Origin: Alphaproteobacteria bacterium
Lineage (GTDB): Bacteria; Pseudomonadota; Alphaproteobacteria; Puniceispirillales; Puniceispirillaceae
Direction: 5' to 3'
Length of the DNA: 59,111 nt
NCBI GenBank assembly: GCA_011524735.1
Contig: WTJS01000127.1
Span: 4,652 to 63,762, forward strand
The notes below the pieces were generated by a model. It saw only the letters and a list, made by a program, of their open reading frames with translations, was not told where the DNA came from and searched no databases. The translations under genes and the position numbers were made by a program. Positions 25,880-37,245 of this stretch are shown here, one piece after another. The number at the start of each line of letters is the position of its first letter. Positions within the stretch are counted from its first letter, which is position 1.

Positions 25880-27204
25880 GATGCGGGTTTCAGCGCTCCA
25901 AATACCGAAACGCCGCGAATGAGGTCAAGAGCTCGCGCCAGCTGATAATCGATCTTGGATTGATCGACGGGAGCAGTCTCTTCCTCTTCTTGCGTTGTAG
26001 AACCGGCGTTTTCACCGTCATCCCCTGAGCCATCCAGAGCGCCGCGCAGGTCTTCTTCGCGTACAATGCCACCCTTAACCGCTTCAATGCGGGCAAGTTC
26101 GACCTCGATATCCGGGACAATGCCCTTTGCTTGGATGGAAATGCCAGACGGCGTGTAGTAACGGGCCGTTGTGAGACGGATGGCAGAACTATTCGAGATT
26201 GGTATCACTGACTGCACGGAGCCCTTACCAAAACTACGCGTACCCAGAATGACCGCGCGTTTGTGGTCCTTGAGCGCTCCCGCCACGATTTCAGACGCGG
26301 AGGCCGAGCCGGAATTGATCAGAATAACCATGGGCAGGCCGCGCGCTATATCGCCAGGCTTGGCATAGACATGCGATCCACCGGACGCGTCACGCCCGCG
26401 CGTCGAGACGATTTCCCCTTCCTCAAGGAAGGCATCGGTTACCGAAATGGCCTCTGTCAGAAGGCCGCCAGGATTATTACGAAGATCAAGCACAATACCC
26501 TTCAGAGCGTCCCCTTCCTCCCGGAAGAAGTCGTCAACAGCGTCCATCAGGCCGGGTGTTGTCTGCTCGGAGAATGTGGTGATCCGGATGTAGCCAATCC
26601 CATCAAACATTTCGGATCGCACAGAACGAATCTTAATGAAGTCACGGACAAGTGTTACATCGAATGGCTCAAGCTGACCACGCTGAACCTTGACAGTGAC
26701 CTCTGACCCAACCTCTCCGCGAAGCTTTTCCACAGCTTCAGAGAGCTGCAGACCAATGATGGAAACGTCGTCAACGGCGATTAGATAATCTTCTGGTTCC
26801 AGACCAGCGCGGGCTGCCGGTGTGTCGTCAATTGGTGATACGACCTTGACCATGCCCTTTTCCATCGTGATTTCAACGCCAAGTCCGCCAAAGCGACCTT
26901 TGGTCTGCTCCTGCATTTCGGAAAAGGTATCAGTGTTCAGGAAGGTGGAATGCGGGTCGAGTGAATTCAGCATGCCTGTGATGGCAGCTTCGACTAGCTC
27001 ACGATCTTCAATCTCGTCGACATAGCTCTCGCGCACACGCTGGAAGATGTCACCGAATAAGCCAAGCTGCCTGTAGGTTTCTTCCTTTGACGAGGACTGC
27101 GCGGTGGTCAGTGTGGGAATCAGCATCCCAGCCATGAACAACGTGGCGCAGAAAATCGCCACATGCCATAGCCGAACGCGATGGATCTGCGTCCAGTTTT
27201 CCAT
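25876..27204 (-). CDS. ctpA: Carboxy-terminal processing protease, S41 family
   Basis: N-terminal TM, LDPHS, PDZ domain, DLRNNPGG, SASASE, FGKGSVQ. Confidence 0.95.
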   Translation of the reverse strand: MENWTQIHRVRLWHVAIFCATLFMAGMLIPTLTTAQSSSKEETYRQLGLFGDIFQRVRESYVDEIEDRELVEAAITGMLNSLDPHSTFLNTDTFSEMQEQTKGRFGGLGVEITMEKGMVKVVSPIDDTPAARAGLEPEDYLIAVDDVSIIGLQLSEAVEKLRGEVGSEVTVKVQRGQLEPFDVTLVRDFIKIRSVRSEMFDGIGYIRITTFSEQTTPGLMDAVDDFFREEGDALKGIVLDLRNNPGGLLTEAISVTDAFLEEGEIVSTRGRDASGGSHVYAKPGDIARGLPMVILINSGSASASEIVAGALKDHKRAVILGTRSFGKGSVQSVIPISNSSAIRLTTARYYTPSGISIQAKGIVPDIEVELARIEAVKGGIVREEDLRGALDGSGDDGENAGSTTQEEEETAPVDQSKIDYQLARALDLIRGVSVFGALKPAS

Positions 27205-27275
27205 TTCAATTCGACTCCCAAAAAACCTTCAAGGCGGTAGAGCTAATGTAATGGTGAATTTGCTTTTTGCAACGC

Positions 27276-28823
27276 TTACGCACCTGCCTGAATTTGAAGG
27301 GCAGATCCTGTCATTGCTGCTGGCTTACCAAGATTGAGCATGGCGAGAAGACTAGGCGCCAGGTCGGCGAGCCGGCCATCTGACAGGGTTTGGCCGGCAG
27401 GCGCACCAACATGGATGACAGGAACATGGCTTGTCGTATGCGCAGTGTGTGGGGACTGTGCCGCCTCATCCCACATTATCTCGCAATTGCCATGATCAGC
27501 TGTGACAAGCATCTGTCCGCCGGCCTCCAATACGGCCTCTGCCAAGGCACCAACGCACCCATCAATCGTCTCGACAGCGGCGATAGCAGCCGGTAGTGAT
27601 CCTGTATGACCGACCATGTCCGGATTGGCAAAATTAATCACTATGAGGTCATGCTGCCCTGCCGAAATCGAACCGAGTGCGATTTGAAGAACCTCGGCAG
27701 CACTCATCTCAGGCTGCAGATCATAAGTTGCGACCTTTGGTGACGGAACGAGTTCACGGGTTTCACCATTACGTTCTGCTTCCTGTCCGCCATTCAGAAA
27801 AAAGGTCACATGCGGGTATTTTTCCGTCTCTGCCAGGCGAAGCTGTGTCTTGCCGGCTGCTGCAACAACCTCACCAAGCGTATCGGTCAGAGTCTGCGGA
27901 CCGAAGAGTGTGATCATATGTTCGTCCAGCGCCGCAGAGTAGGACGTCATGCCGATGACACTTTCGAGAGAAACTGGGGACACGTCCAACCCCGCTTCTT
28001 CTGCCATAAGCCAGCCGCTTAAAATCTGTCGGACTCTGTCTGCACGGAAATTGACCATGACTACGGCATCCCCATTACGCATGCCGTCATAACCGGTAAT
28101 TATGCGTGGGGTGATGAACTCATCCGTCTCGCCGGACCGATAGGCAGTCTCGAGGGCATTCAGGACATCTGTCGCTGGCTCATTCTGTGATGTCGCATTC
28201 TGAATCGCATTAAATGCAGCAGCGGTGCGCTCCCACCGCTGGTCACGGTCCATGGCGAAGTAACGCCCGGTCAGGGTAACCATTTGGGCCTTCGCTGGAA
28301 GCTGCTTCAGAAACTCAGGAAGACTGTGTCTGGCACTTGTTGGAAGAACGTCGCGGCCATCGGTGAAGCCATGAACCAAAACCTCTGCCCCATGATCACA
28401 CAGCCCGCTGATGACCTGGATCATGTGATCCTGATGCGAATGCACACCGCCCTTGGACACCAGTCCCATAACATGAATGCGTCCACCAGCGGCTTGCATT
28501 CGTGTAGCCAGTGCCCTCAACTCGGGGTGGCTAGCCAGAGAGCCGTTGGCCGCCGCCTCGTTCAGACGGGGTAAATCCTGCTTTACTATCCGACCTGCGC
28601 CAATATTCATGTGGCCAACCTCGGAATTGCCAACCTGACCATCAGGAAGGCCCACATCTGCGCCTGAGGCTGCCAGTTTTGCATGCGGCCAGTTGGCAAC
28701 AAGGGAATCGTAACAGGGAGTGTGTGCAAGGGCGACGGCATTGTTGGCTGCCTCGTCGCGAAGGCCCCAGCCATCCATAATGCAAAGGACAACAGGGGCG
28801 GACTGTCTGATTGCGTTCGTCAT
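27276..28823 (-). CDS. gpmI: 2,3-bisphosphoglycerate-independent phosphoglycerate mutase
   Basis: MDGWG, GNSEVGH, GRYFAMDRD, AETEKYPHVTFF, NPDMVGHTG, TADHGN. Confidence 0.98.
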   Translation of the reverse strand: MTNAIRQSAPVVLCIMDGWGLRDEAANNAVALAHTPCYDSLVANWPHAKLAASGADVGLPDGQVGNSEVGHMNIGAGRIVKQDLPRLNEAAANGSLASHPELRALATRMQAAGGRIHVMGLVSKGGVHSHQDHMIQVISGLCDHGAEVLVHGFTDGRDVLPTSARHSLPEFLKQLPAKAQMVTLTGRYFAMDRDQRWERTAAAFNAIQNATSQNEPATDVLNALETAYRSGETDEFITPRIITGYDGMRNGDAVVMVNFRADRVRQILSGWLMAEEAGLDVSPVSLESVIGMTSYSAALDEHMITLFGPQTLTDTLGEVVAAAGKTQLRLAETEKYPHVTFFLNGGQEAERNGETRELVPSPKVATYDLQPEMSAAEVLQIALGSISAGQHDLIVINFANPDMVGHTGSLPAAIAAVETIDGCVGALAEAVLEAGGQMLVTADHGNCEIMWDEAAQSPHTAHTTSHVPVIHVGAPAGQTLSDGRLADLAPSLLAMLNLGKPAAMTGSALQIQAGA

Positions 28824-28901
28824 GGGGATGTTTATACCGGGGTCGGCTTGGCAGGTACAGCCGCCTTCTAGTGACTCTGGTAAACGGTCTGCTTGCCTTG
28901 A

Positions 28902-29363
28902 TCAGCTATTGCCGCGGTGATAGGGGTGGCCAGCAAGGATGGTCGTGGCCCGGTAAAGCTGCTCTGCCAGCATCGCCCGAAACAGCATATGCGGCCAAGT
29001 GGCAGCTCCGAAGGCAATGCGGCGGTGAGCACGTGCCATCACGGCGTCGGAATGCCCATCGGCACCACCGACTGCGAAATAGGCTGCCTGCGCCCCATCA
29101 TCACGGAGCGTCTCTAGCAGTTTGGCAAGTTGTTCTGAGGAGATATCGCGCGCCTCCGGATCGCACACGATGAATGGGGCAGCAGCTGGAACATGCTTGA
29201 GAAGCCTTGCGCCCTCATCCACGCGGCGGGCAGGTCCTGATGGAAGCTTGGATTCAACCTCTACCAGCTCGCTGCCAGCTGCGATTCGCCCTAAAAAGTC
29301 CTGAGTGAGGTCACGTTCGGGACTGGCGCGGCTCCGCCCGACGGCGAGAATCACAAGCTTCAT
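28902..29363 (-). CDS. rlmH: 23S rRNA pseudoU1915 N3-methyltransferase
   Basis: GGADGH, TWPHML.R.ML.EQLYRA..IL.GHPYHR. Confidence 0.96.
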   Translation of the reverse strand: MKLVILAVGRSRASPERDLTQDFLGRIAAGSELVEVESKLPSGPARRVDEGARLLKHVPAAAPFIVCDPEARDISSEQLAKLLETLRDDGAQAAYFAVGGADGHSDAVMARAHRRIAFGAATWPHMLFRAMLAEQLYRATTILAGHPYHRGNS

Positions 29364-29429
29364 GTCACACTCCGCCGGAGAGCTGCCCTGCCAGCACCTC
29401 AGCGCTGACAGTGATAAATCAGGCGCGGT

Positions 29430-29795
29430 CTAGCTGCTGACCGTGACCACTTCCTGCGGGCCGTCATTTGCCCACATGCGCTCAAGACCATAGAACTCGC
29501 GCACTTCGGGGCGAAACAGGTGAACGATGACGTCATTCGCGTCGATCAGCACCCAGTCACCCTGGCGTACACCTTCCAGACCAAGAATACCTACGCCTGC
29601 CTGCTTCAGTCGGAACTCAAGATGCTCAGCCATGGCTGCCACCTGGCGTGAGGACCTGCCGCTGGCAATCACCATGAAATCAGCAACCGACGATTTGCCT
29701 GCCAGAGGAATAGACAAGACGTCTTCAGCTTTATCCTGATCGAGAGAAGAGGTGACCAATTCAAGGACCTGGCCTGGATCCAAATGCATTTGCAT
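29430..29795 (-). CDS. rsfS: Ribosome silencing factor (iojap)
   Basis: L..DKAED, DFMVIASGRSSRQV, WVLID..DVIVHLF.PEVREFY.LERMW; start estimated. Confidence 0.95.
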   Translation of the reverse strand: MQMHLDPGQVLELVTSSLDQDKAEDVLSIPLAGKSSVADFMVIASGRSSRQVAAMAEHLEFRLKQAGVGILGLEGVRQGDWVLIDANDVIVHLFRPEVREFYGLERMWANDGPQEVVTVSS

Positions 29796-29799
29796 TTTA

Positions 29800-30474
29800 C
29801 TAATTGTGACTCTCCACAAATGCGCTCTGAAGGCCTGCTTGCCGCAGAGCTGTTGCCGACGCATGGTGCCGGCGCCCAGCTATGAAACACCAACTTGGTG
29901 AGAATTGCTGCCCTGAGAGTGATGTCCGAGCCAGTTTCCTGGCTGACAGACGCCCCTTCAGCAGAAGCTCACCGCGACTCATAGCCTGATAAGAATACCC
30001 CGGCCGATCAATCACCGCAATGGGCATGCTCGCCGCGATCATTTTGTGCCGCTGCCAATGAGGGAAGGTGACCATATTGTCTGCACCCATTAACCAGTAG
30101 AAATGATGCCGAGAGCATCTCTGCTTTAACGTCTTCAGGGTTTGAAACGTCAGGCTGGACCCGAACTCCACCTCAGGCGCTATCACCCGTATATAGCTGT
30201 TCCCCGCCACAAGGGCGCGGCAACTGGCTAGTCGATCTACAAGAAGCGCCATCTCGCCCGTCGGCTTGAGTGGATTCTGTGGGCTGACAATCCACCACAC
30301 TTCATCAAGCTGAAGGTTTCTTTTTGCCAGGTTGGATAAATGCAGATGTCCGTCATGCGCGGGATTAAAGGACCCGCCAAACAAGCCAATTCGTAACTGC
30401 CGCCGATCATGAAACAGGCGGGCATGGGCATGTCGCCGATGGGATTGGCTGTGGCTAGCTTCGTGTCTGACCAT
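29800..30474 (-). CDS. nadD: Nicotinate-nucleotide adenylyltransferase
   Basis: [14 protein letters not shown] (HxGH), PQNPLK, WLMGADN, SATALR; start uncertain. Confidence 0.92.
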   Translation of the reverse strand: MVRHEASHSQSHRRHAHARLFHDRRQLRIGLFGGSFNPAHDGHLHLSNLAKRNLQLDEVWWIVSPQNPLKPTGEMALLVDRLASCRALVAGNSYIRVIAPEVEFGSSLTFQTLKTLKQRCSRHHFYWLMGADNMVTFPHWQRHKMIAASMPIAVIDRPGYSYQAMSRGELLLKGRLSARKLARTSLSGQQFSPSWCFIAGRRHHASATALRQAGLQSAFVESHN

Positions 30475-31735
30475 TGCCACGAACAATATATTTGAAGCTT
30501 GTCAGCTGGTCGGCCCCTACCGGGCCGCGAGCATGCATGCGACCGGTAGCAATGCCAATCTCGGCCCCCATTCCAAACTCTCCTCCATCAGCAAATTGCG
30601 TCGAGGCATTAACCATAACGATGGCGCTGTCCACTTTGCGGACGAAAGTCTCTGCCGTCGTGCTGCTTTCGGTGATGATGCAGTCGGTATGGTCGGAACT
30701 ATATCTGGCAATATGGTCAATAGCGGCCTCAACCCCATCGACAACACCTATCGAAATGATGCTGTCCAGATATTCAGTCGACCAGTCATCCGCTGACGCA
30801 GGGGTGGCCGAATCAATAAGGGTACAGGCTGCCTCATCGCCGCGGATAGCACATCCAGCATCCGCAAGGGCAGTGCCAATCAGGGGTAGCATGGTGTCAG
30901 AAATGGCGCGGTCGACCAGAATGGTTTCGGCGGCTCCGCAGATACCGGTGCGCCGCATCTTGGCATTCACTACAACATCGATGGTTTTCTGCGCATCCGC
31001 GTCGGCATCAATATAAATATGCACAATACCTTCAAGATGCGCGAATACAGGAACACGGGCCTCAGTCTGCACACGTTCAACCAGCGATCTGCCACCGCGT
31101 GGAATGATCACGTCAATCTCGCCATTGGCCGTCAGCATGGCACCTACGGCACCGCGGTCACTTGTTGGCACCATCTGTACGGCAGCGCGGGGCAGACCAG
31201 CTTTTTCAAGTCCGTCTGCCATCAGTCTAGCAAGACACCCCGATGTTTCCTGGCTGTCCGATCCCCCACGCAGGATGGCGGCATTCCCAGAGATCAGGCA
31301 CAGCCCGCCAGCATCCACCGTCACGTTCGGACGTGATTCGTAAATCACACCAATGATTCCGAGAGGAGTTGATACTCGGGCGATATCAAGGCCATTTGGT
31401 CGTGTCCAGCGGGCAAGCTCGCGGCCAACAGGATCGGCAAGGGTGGTGATGTCCTCCAGACCCTTTGCCATGGCTTCAATCCGGTCTGGTGTCAGTGTCA
31501 GCCTGTCGATAAAGGCAGCGCTGATCCCATTTGCCTCAGCACGGGCAACGTCATTGGCGTTGCCTGTTAGAATTTCGTTTTCATGAGAGCGAATGAGATT
31601 TGCCGTCTGTCTTAGAGCATCCTGCCGTGCTGAATGCGAAGACAGGGCCAGTTCAGCCTGTGCCTTGCGGGCATCATGCACCAAGGCGGAGATCAGTTTA
31701 CGGTGGTCATCGGCATTTTTTGTCATGGCTGTCAT
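30455..31735 (-). CDS. proA: Gamma-glutamyl phosphate reductase
   Basis: [44 protein letters not shown]. Confidence 0.98.
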   Translation of the reverse strand: MTAMTKNADDHRKLISALVHDARKAQAELALSSHSARQDALRQTANLIRSHENEILTGNANDVARAEANGISAAFIDRLTLTPDRIEAMAKGLEDITTLADPVGRELARWTRPNGLDIARVSTPLGIIGVIYESRPNVTVDAGGLCLISGNAAILRGGSDSQETSGCLARLMADGLEKAGLPRAAVQMVPTSDRGAVGAMLTANGEIDVIIPRGGRSLVERVQTEARVPVFAHLEGIVHIYIDADADAQKTIDVVVNAKMRRTGICGAAETILVDRAISDTMLPLIGTALADAGCAIRGDEAACTLIDSATPASADDWSTEYLDSIISIGVVDGVEAAIDHIARYSSDHTDCIITESSTTAETFVRKVDSAIVMVNASTQFADGGEFGMGAEIGIATGRMHARGPVGADQLTSFKYIVRGNGQTRS

Positions 31736-31797
31736 ATGCTGTGCTTTGATTCGAGTTGGGATTTGCGTCTGGGTTGCCCTAACGCAGGTCGCCCCTG

Positions 31798-34043
<2,246 letters not shown>

Positions 34044-34073
34044 TCAACAGGTGTTTGAAAGTAGCAGACAATC

Positions 34074-34105
34074 AAAAAAGGGGACAACGCCATCGTTATC
34101 CCCTT
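34074..34105 (-). terminator. Intrinsic terminator after rpmA
   Basis: Minus strand AAGGGGATAACG-atgg-CGTTGTCCCCTTTTTT. Confidence 0.75.
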
Positions 34106-34138
34106 CAACAGACTGCCGGTAATAAGCGCAGATGCGGC

Positions 34139-34408
34139 CTATTCGGCAGCCTCTGCAGCTGGCACTACATTGACGAACATTTTGCCGCCAGACTTTGCCT
34201 TGAAAGCAACCTTGCCTTCAGTCAGCGCAAACAAGGTGTGATCCTTGCCCATGCCAACATTCTCACCAGGGTGGTATTTGGTGCCACGCTGGCGAATAAT
34301 GATATTGCCAGGAATAACCGCCTCACCACCAAATTTCTTCACGCCAAGGCGACGACCAGCTGAGTCGCGACCGTTACGTGAACTACCACCTGCTTTTTTA
34401 TGTGCCAT
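34139..34408 (-). CDS. rpmA: 50S ribosomal protein L27
   Basis: [23 protein letters not shown]. Confidence 0.99.
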   Translation of the reverse strand: MAHKKAGGSSRNGRDSAGRRLGVKKFGGEAVIPGNIIIRQRGTKYHPGENVGMGKDHTLFALTEGKVAFKAKSGGKMFVNVVPAAEAAE

Positions 34409-34452
34409 TTTCCAGCTCCCTTCAGCTGTCGGCGCGTCGGCGCCGAATCAAA

Positions 34453-34944
34453 TTACTTCTTTGCCGCAGCTTTCTTGGCAGTCGCCTTTTTGGCGGCCGC
34501 CTTCTTTGCAGGGGCTTTCTTAGCAGTCGCCTCTTTTGCAGCGGCCTTTTTTGGAGCTGCTTTGGCTTCCGCCTTCGCTTGGGTCTTTGCAGCTGCCTTT
34601 TTTGGAGCTGCCTTTGGCGCAAGTGCCTTACTATTTTCGGCAATGGCATTAATCTTCAGCAGGGTCAGATCCTGACGGTGACCCTGTGTGCGACGATGGT
34701 TCTTACGACGCTTGCGGCGGAAGATAATGATCTTTGGGCCACGTGTCTGGCGCACGACAGTTGCACTGACAGCTGCACCTTCAACACGCGGGGTGCCGAT
34801 GGTGACTTTGTCGCCATCGCCGAGCATGACGATATCGTCAAGAATGATTTCTGCACCTTCGTCAGCGGAAATCCGCTCAACGAGAATGGTGTCGTCCTTG
34901 GCAACGCGGTACTGTTTGCCGCCTGTTCTTACCAACGCATACAT
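34453..34944 (-). CDS. rplU: 50S ribosomal protein L21 with long Lys/Ala-rich C-terminal tail
   Basis: [26 protein letters not shown]; about 58-aa AKK-repeat extension. Confidence 0.97.
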   Translation of the reverse strand: MYALVRTGGKQYRVAKDDTILVERISADEGAEIILDDIVMLGDGDKVTIGTPRVEGAAVSATVVRQTRGPKIIIFRRKRRKNHRRTQGHRQDLTLLKINAIAENSKALAPKAAPKKAAAKTQAKAEAKAAPKKAAAKEATAKKAPAKKAAAKKATAKKAAAKK

Positions 34945-35104
34945 CGTATCCATCCTTATTCTTTCCATTTCGCCAAAGACCAGTTTCAGGTCTCCTGCTC
35001 CTCAGCTTCCATCGCCCGCTTTGTGCGGCAGATGCGCCTTGAGTCGTCAGCGAGAAGAAAAGCAAAAACTAACCGCGCAGGCAGTCCTGAGCGGATCGGG
35101 CTGG

Positions 35105-35132
35105 AATATACCCCGCGCCGCGCCTGTGTCAA
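35105..35132 (-). promoter_or_regulatory. Candidate sigma70 promoter of rplU-rpmA
   Basis: Minus strand TTGACA (35132-35127), 16-nt GC-rich spacer, TATATT (35110-35105). Confidence 0.6.
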
Positions 35133-35194
35133 GTACGCAATGAACCGGAAATGTGAAGCCCAACAGGGCTTTGCACATGAATGACAGGTCGCAC

Positions 35195-36415
35195 TTAGCC
35201 CCCTCCGAACAGCTTGGCCCGTCGCGGGTCATGTGGATCACTTCCCATCTCAAGGTGAAGCTTGTCACCGGTCCATGGGTGTGCTGCCACAACAGCGTCA
35301 TCCAGCTCTATGCCAAGCCCAGCTGTATCTGGAGGAATGATATACCCATCCTCCCAGGTAAGTGGTGTTTTCAGGAGTTTGGCGTGAAACCCATCCATTT
35401 TCCCAATAGATTCGAGAATGAGAAAGTTGGGTATACAGGCAGCCAGCTGGACATTGGCAGCGGCAACCACCGGTCCGCAATATAAATGCGGCGCCACCTG
35501 CACATATTTTGTCTCTGCCATGGCGGCGATTTTCTTGCCTTCGAGAATGCCGCCGGCACGCCCCAAATCAGGTTGCAGGATTGCAGCCGCCCCGCAGTCT
35601 AATACCCGGGCAAATTCGAATTTGCTGCAGAGACGTTCGCCTGTTGCCACCGGGATGGATGTGGCAGCTGCTACCTTAGCCATTTCTTCTGGCATATCCG
35701 GGGGGCAGGGTTCTTCAAACCAAAGAGGATCATAGGCTGCCAGCCGCTGCGCCAGACGAATCGCGCCTGCAGCGGTAAACTGGCCGTGCGTCCCAAACAG
35801 CAGGTCAGCGCGATCACCAACGGCATTGCGAATTTCACGGCAGAAGGTCGCGCTGCGCTCGATGGCCTCAAGGTCAGGCATCCGCCCATCATAAACCGTA
35901 TATTCGCCGGCGGGGTCAAACTTCACCGCTGAAAACCCTTCGGCAACGCGTGCAGCAGCCGTTTGTGCACTCGCGACCGGGTCATTGTAGAATGTCGCCG
36001 GATCTTGCCCTGAATCTGGATAGAGATAGGTGTAGGTGCGCAGCCTTTCATTCACAAGGCCTCCTAGAAGCGCGTAAACCGGACGGTCAAGCGCCTTGCC
36101 AACAATATCCCAACAGGCCATTTCAAGGCCGCTGACCACCCCTTGAACTGATGAATCTGGGCGATGCGTGAAACCCGATCCATGCGCACGCCGCCAGAAC
36201 CGTTCGATTCGGTCGGGCGATTCGCCTTCCAGATAACGCTGGAACATGTCCTCTGCCATCTTGCAGATCACCTCAGGCGCAAAGCTTGCGGCGTAAATTT
36301 CACCAATCCCAGTGATGCCACAGGCAGTGGTTAGCCTGACGAAGATGAAGTATCGGCCGCCAAATCCTGGTGGCGGTGTGCCGACGATGAAGGTTTCCAG
36401 TGATTGCAGTTTCAT
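35195..36415 (-). CDS. Mandelate racemase/muconate lactonizing enzyme family protein (galactonate-dehydratase-like subgroup, substrate unknown)
   Basis: G.TG.GE, EMACWDI.GKAL..PVY.LLGG, WFEEP, TGERL, QPDLG, APH, PD..GLGIELD. Confidence 0.9.
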   Translation of the reverse strand: MKLQSLETFIVGTPPPGFGGRYFIFVRLTTACGITGIGEIYAASFAPEVICKMAEDMFQRYLEGESPDRIERFWRRAHGSGFTHRPDSSVQGVVSGLEMACWDIVGKALDRPVYALLGGLVNERLRTYTYLYPDSGQDPATFYNDPVASAQTAAARVAEGFSAVKFDPAGEYTVYDGRMPDLEAIERSATFCREIRNAVGDRADLLFGTHGQFTAAGAIRLAQRLAAYDPLWFEEPCPPDMPEEMAKVAAATSIPVATGERLCSKFEFARVLDCGAAAILQPDLGRAGGILEGKKIAAMAETKYVQVAPHLYCGPVVAAANVQLAACIPNFLILESIGKMDGFHAKLLKTPLTWEDGYIIPPDTAGLGIELDDAVVAAHPWTGDKLHLEMGSDPHDPRRAKLFGGG

Positions 36416-36601
36416 GAGGGATTCCTGCTAAAGGGTCGTGCTGTGATCGCAACGCCGCGACTGGCGGTAAGGGCAAATATGCTGCGCGAAAATGTGAATT
36501 GCCTCGCCATATCCTAGCTGCCATTTATCTGTGATGTCAGCTATTGTCGCACCTAGTCATAACGATAGGGCCACTACAGGCCATATGAAGAGGATCACCC
36601 C

Positions 36602-37102
36602 ATGATCACACCATTGCTGAATTTCGCCAGAAAGCACATTGTGCTGTTCGGCGCAGCCAAATTCCTTGCTGGTCTTGTTATCGGCTTTGGCCTGGGGGTG
36701 TATTTTCTCCCGATCCTCACCGCGGAAGAGGGGCTTGATGCCGGCGCGCTGGCCGCACTTGAAGCCAGCGCTGAACGAAGTGGTGTTTTCACCCGTGACC
36801 TCAAGGGCTCAGACGCCTTTCACTGGGGTGAAGGCACGGTGCGCGTCAGTGCTGATCGGGTCTGGCTTGAAGGCAGTATTGCCCCGGGTCCAGATTACCG
36901 GCTTTATCTGACGCCGTCCTTTGTTGAGGATGAAGCTTCTTTTGAGGCAATCAAATCGCAATCCATGCAGATTGGCGAGATCAAGGCCTATAGTAACTTC
37001 AGCATCGACGTGCCTGCAGGTGTGGATGTGTCGGCCTATCCGGCATTGATTATCTGGTGTGAGGCGTTTGGAGAGTTCATAACCGCGGCTGAGCTCTCCT
37101 GA
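36602..37102 (+). CDS. Membrane-anchored DM13 domain protein
   Basis: N-terminal TM; G.F, HWGEG.V, GPDYRLYL, IIWCEAFGEFI signature of DM13. Confidence 0.85.
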   Translation: MITPLLNFARKHIVLFGAAKFLAGLVIGFGLGVYFLPILTAEEGLDAGALAALEASAERSGVFTRDLKGSDAFHWGEGTVRVSADRVWLEGSIAPGPDYRLYLTPSFVEDEASFEAIKSQSMQIGEIKAYSNFSIDVPAGVDVSAYPALIIWCEAFGEFITAAELS

Positions 37103-37245
37103 TATTGTCTGGAGACGGGCCGCGAATTGGTCTGACATTGGCCATTCATTGTGCGCAGATATTGCTGCGCCAGTGAATGCGCCAGTGAATTAGTCCATTC
37201 CACCCAGTTTTGCGCTGTATTTTGATTTTCGGTGAAGGGTTCAGC

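Noticed and set aside
34378-35184. 268-aa plus-strand ORF with repetitive Cys/Phe/Leu pattern
   Set aside because: It is the antisense reading of rplU and its AKK repeats
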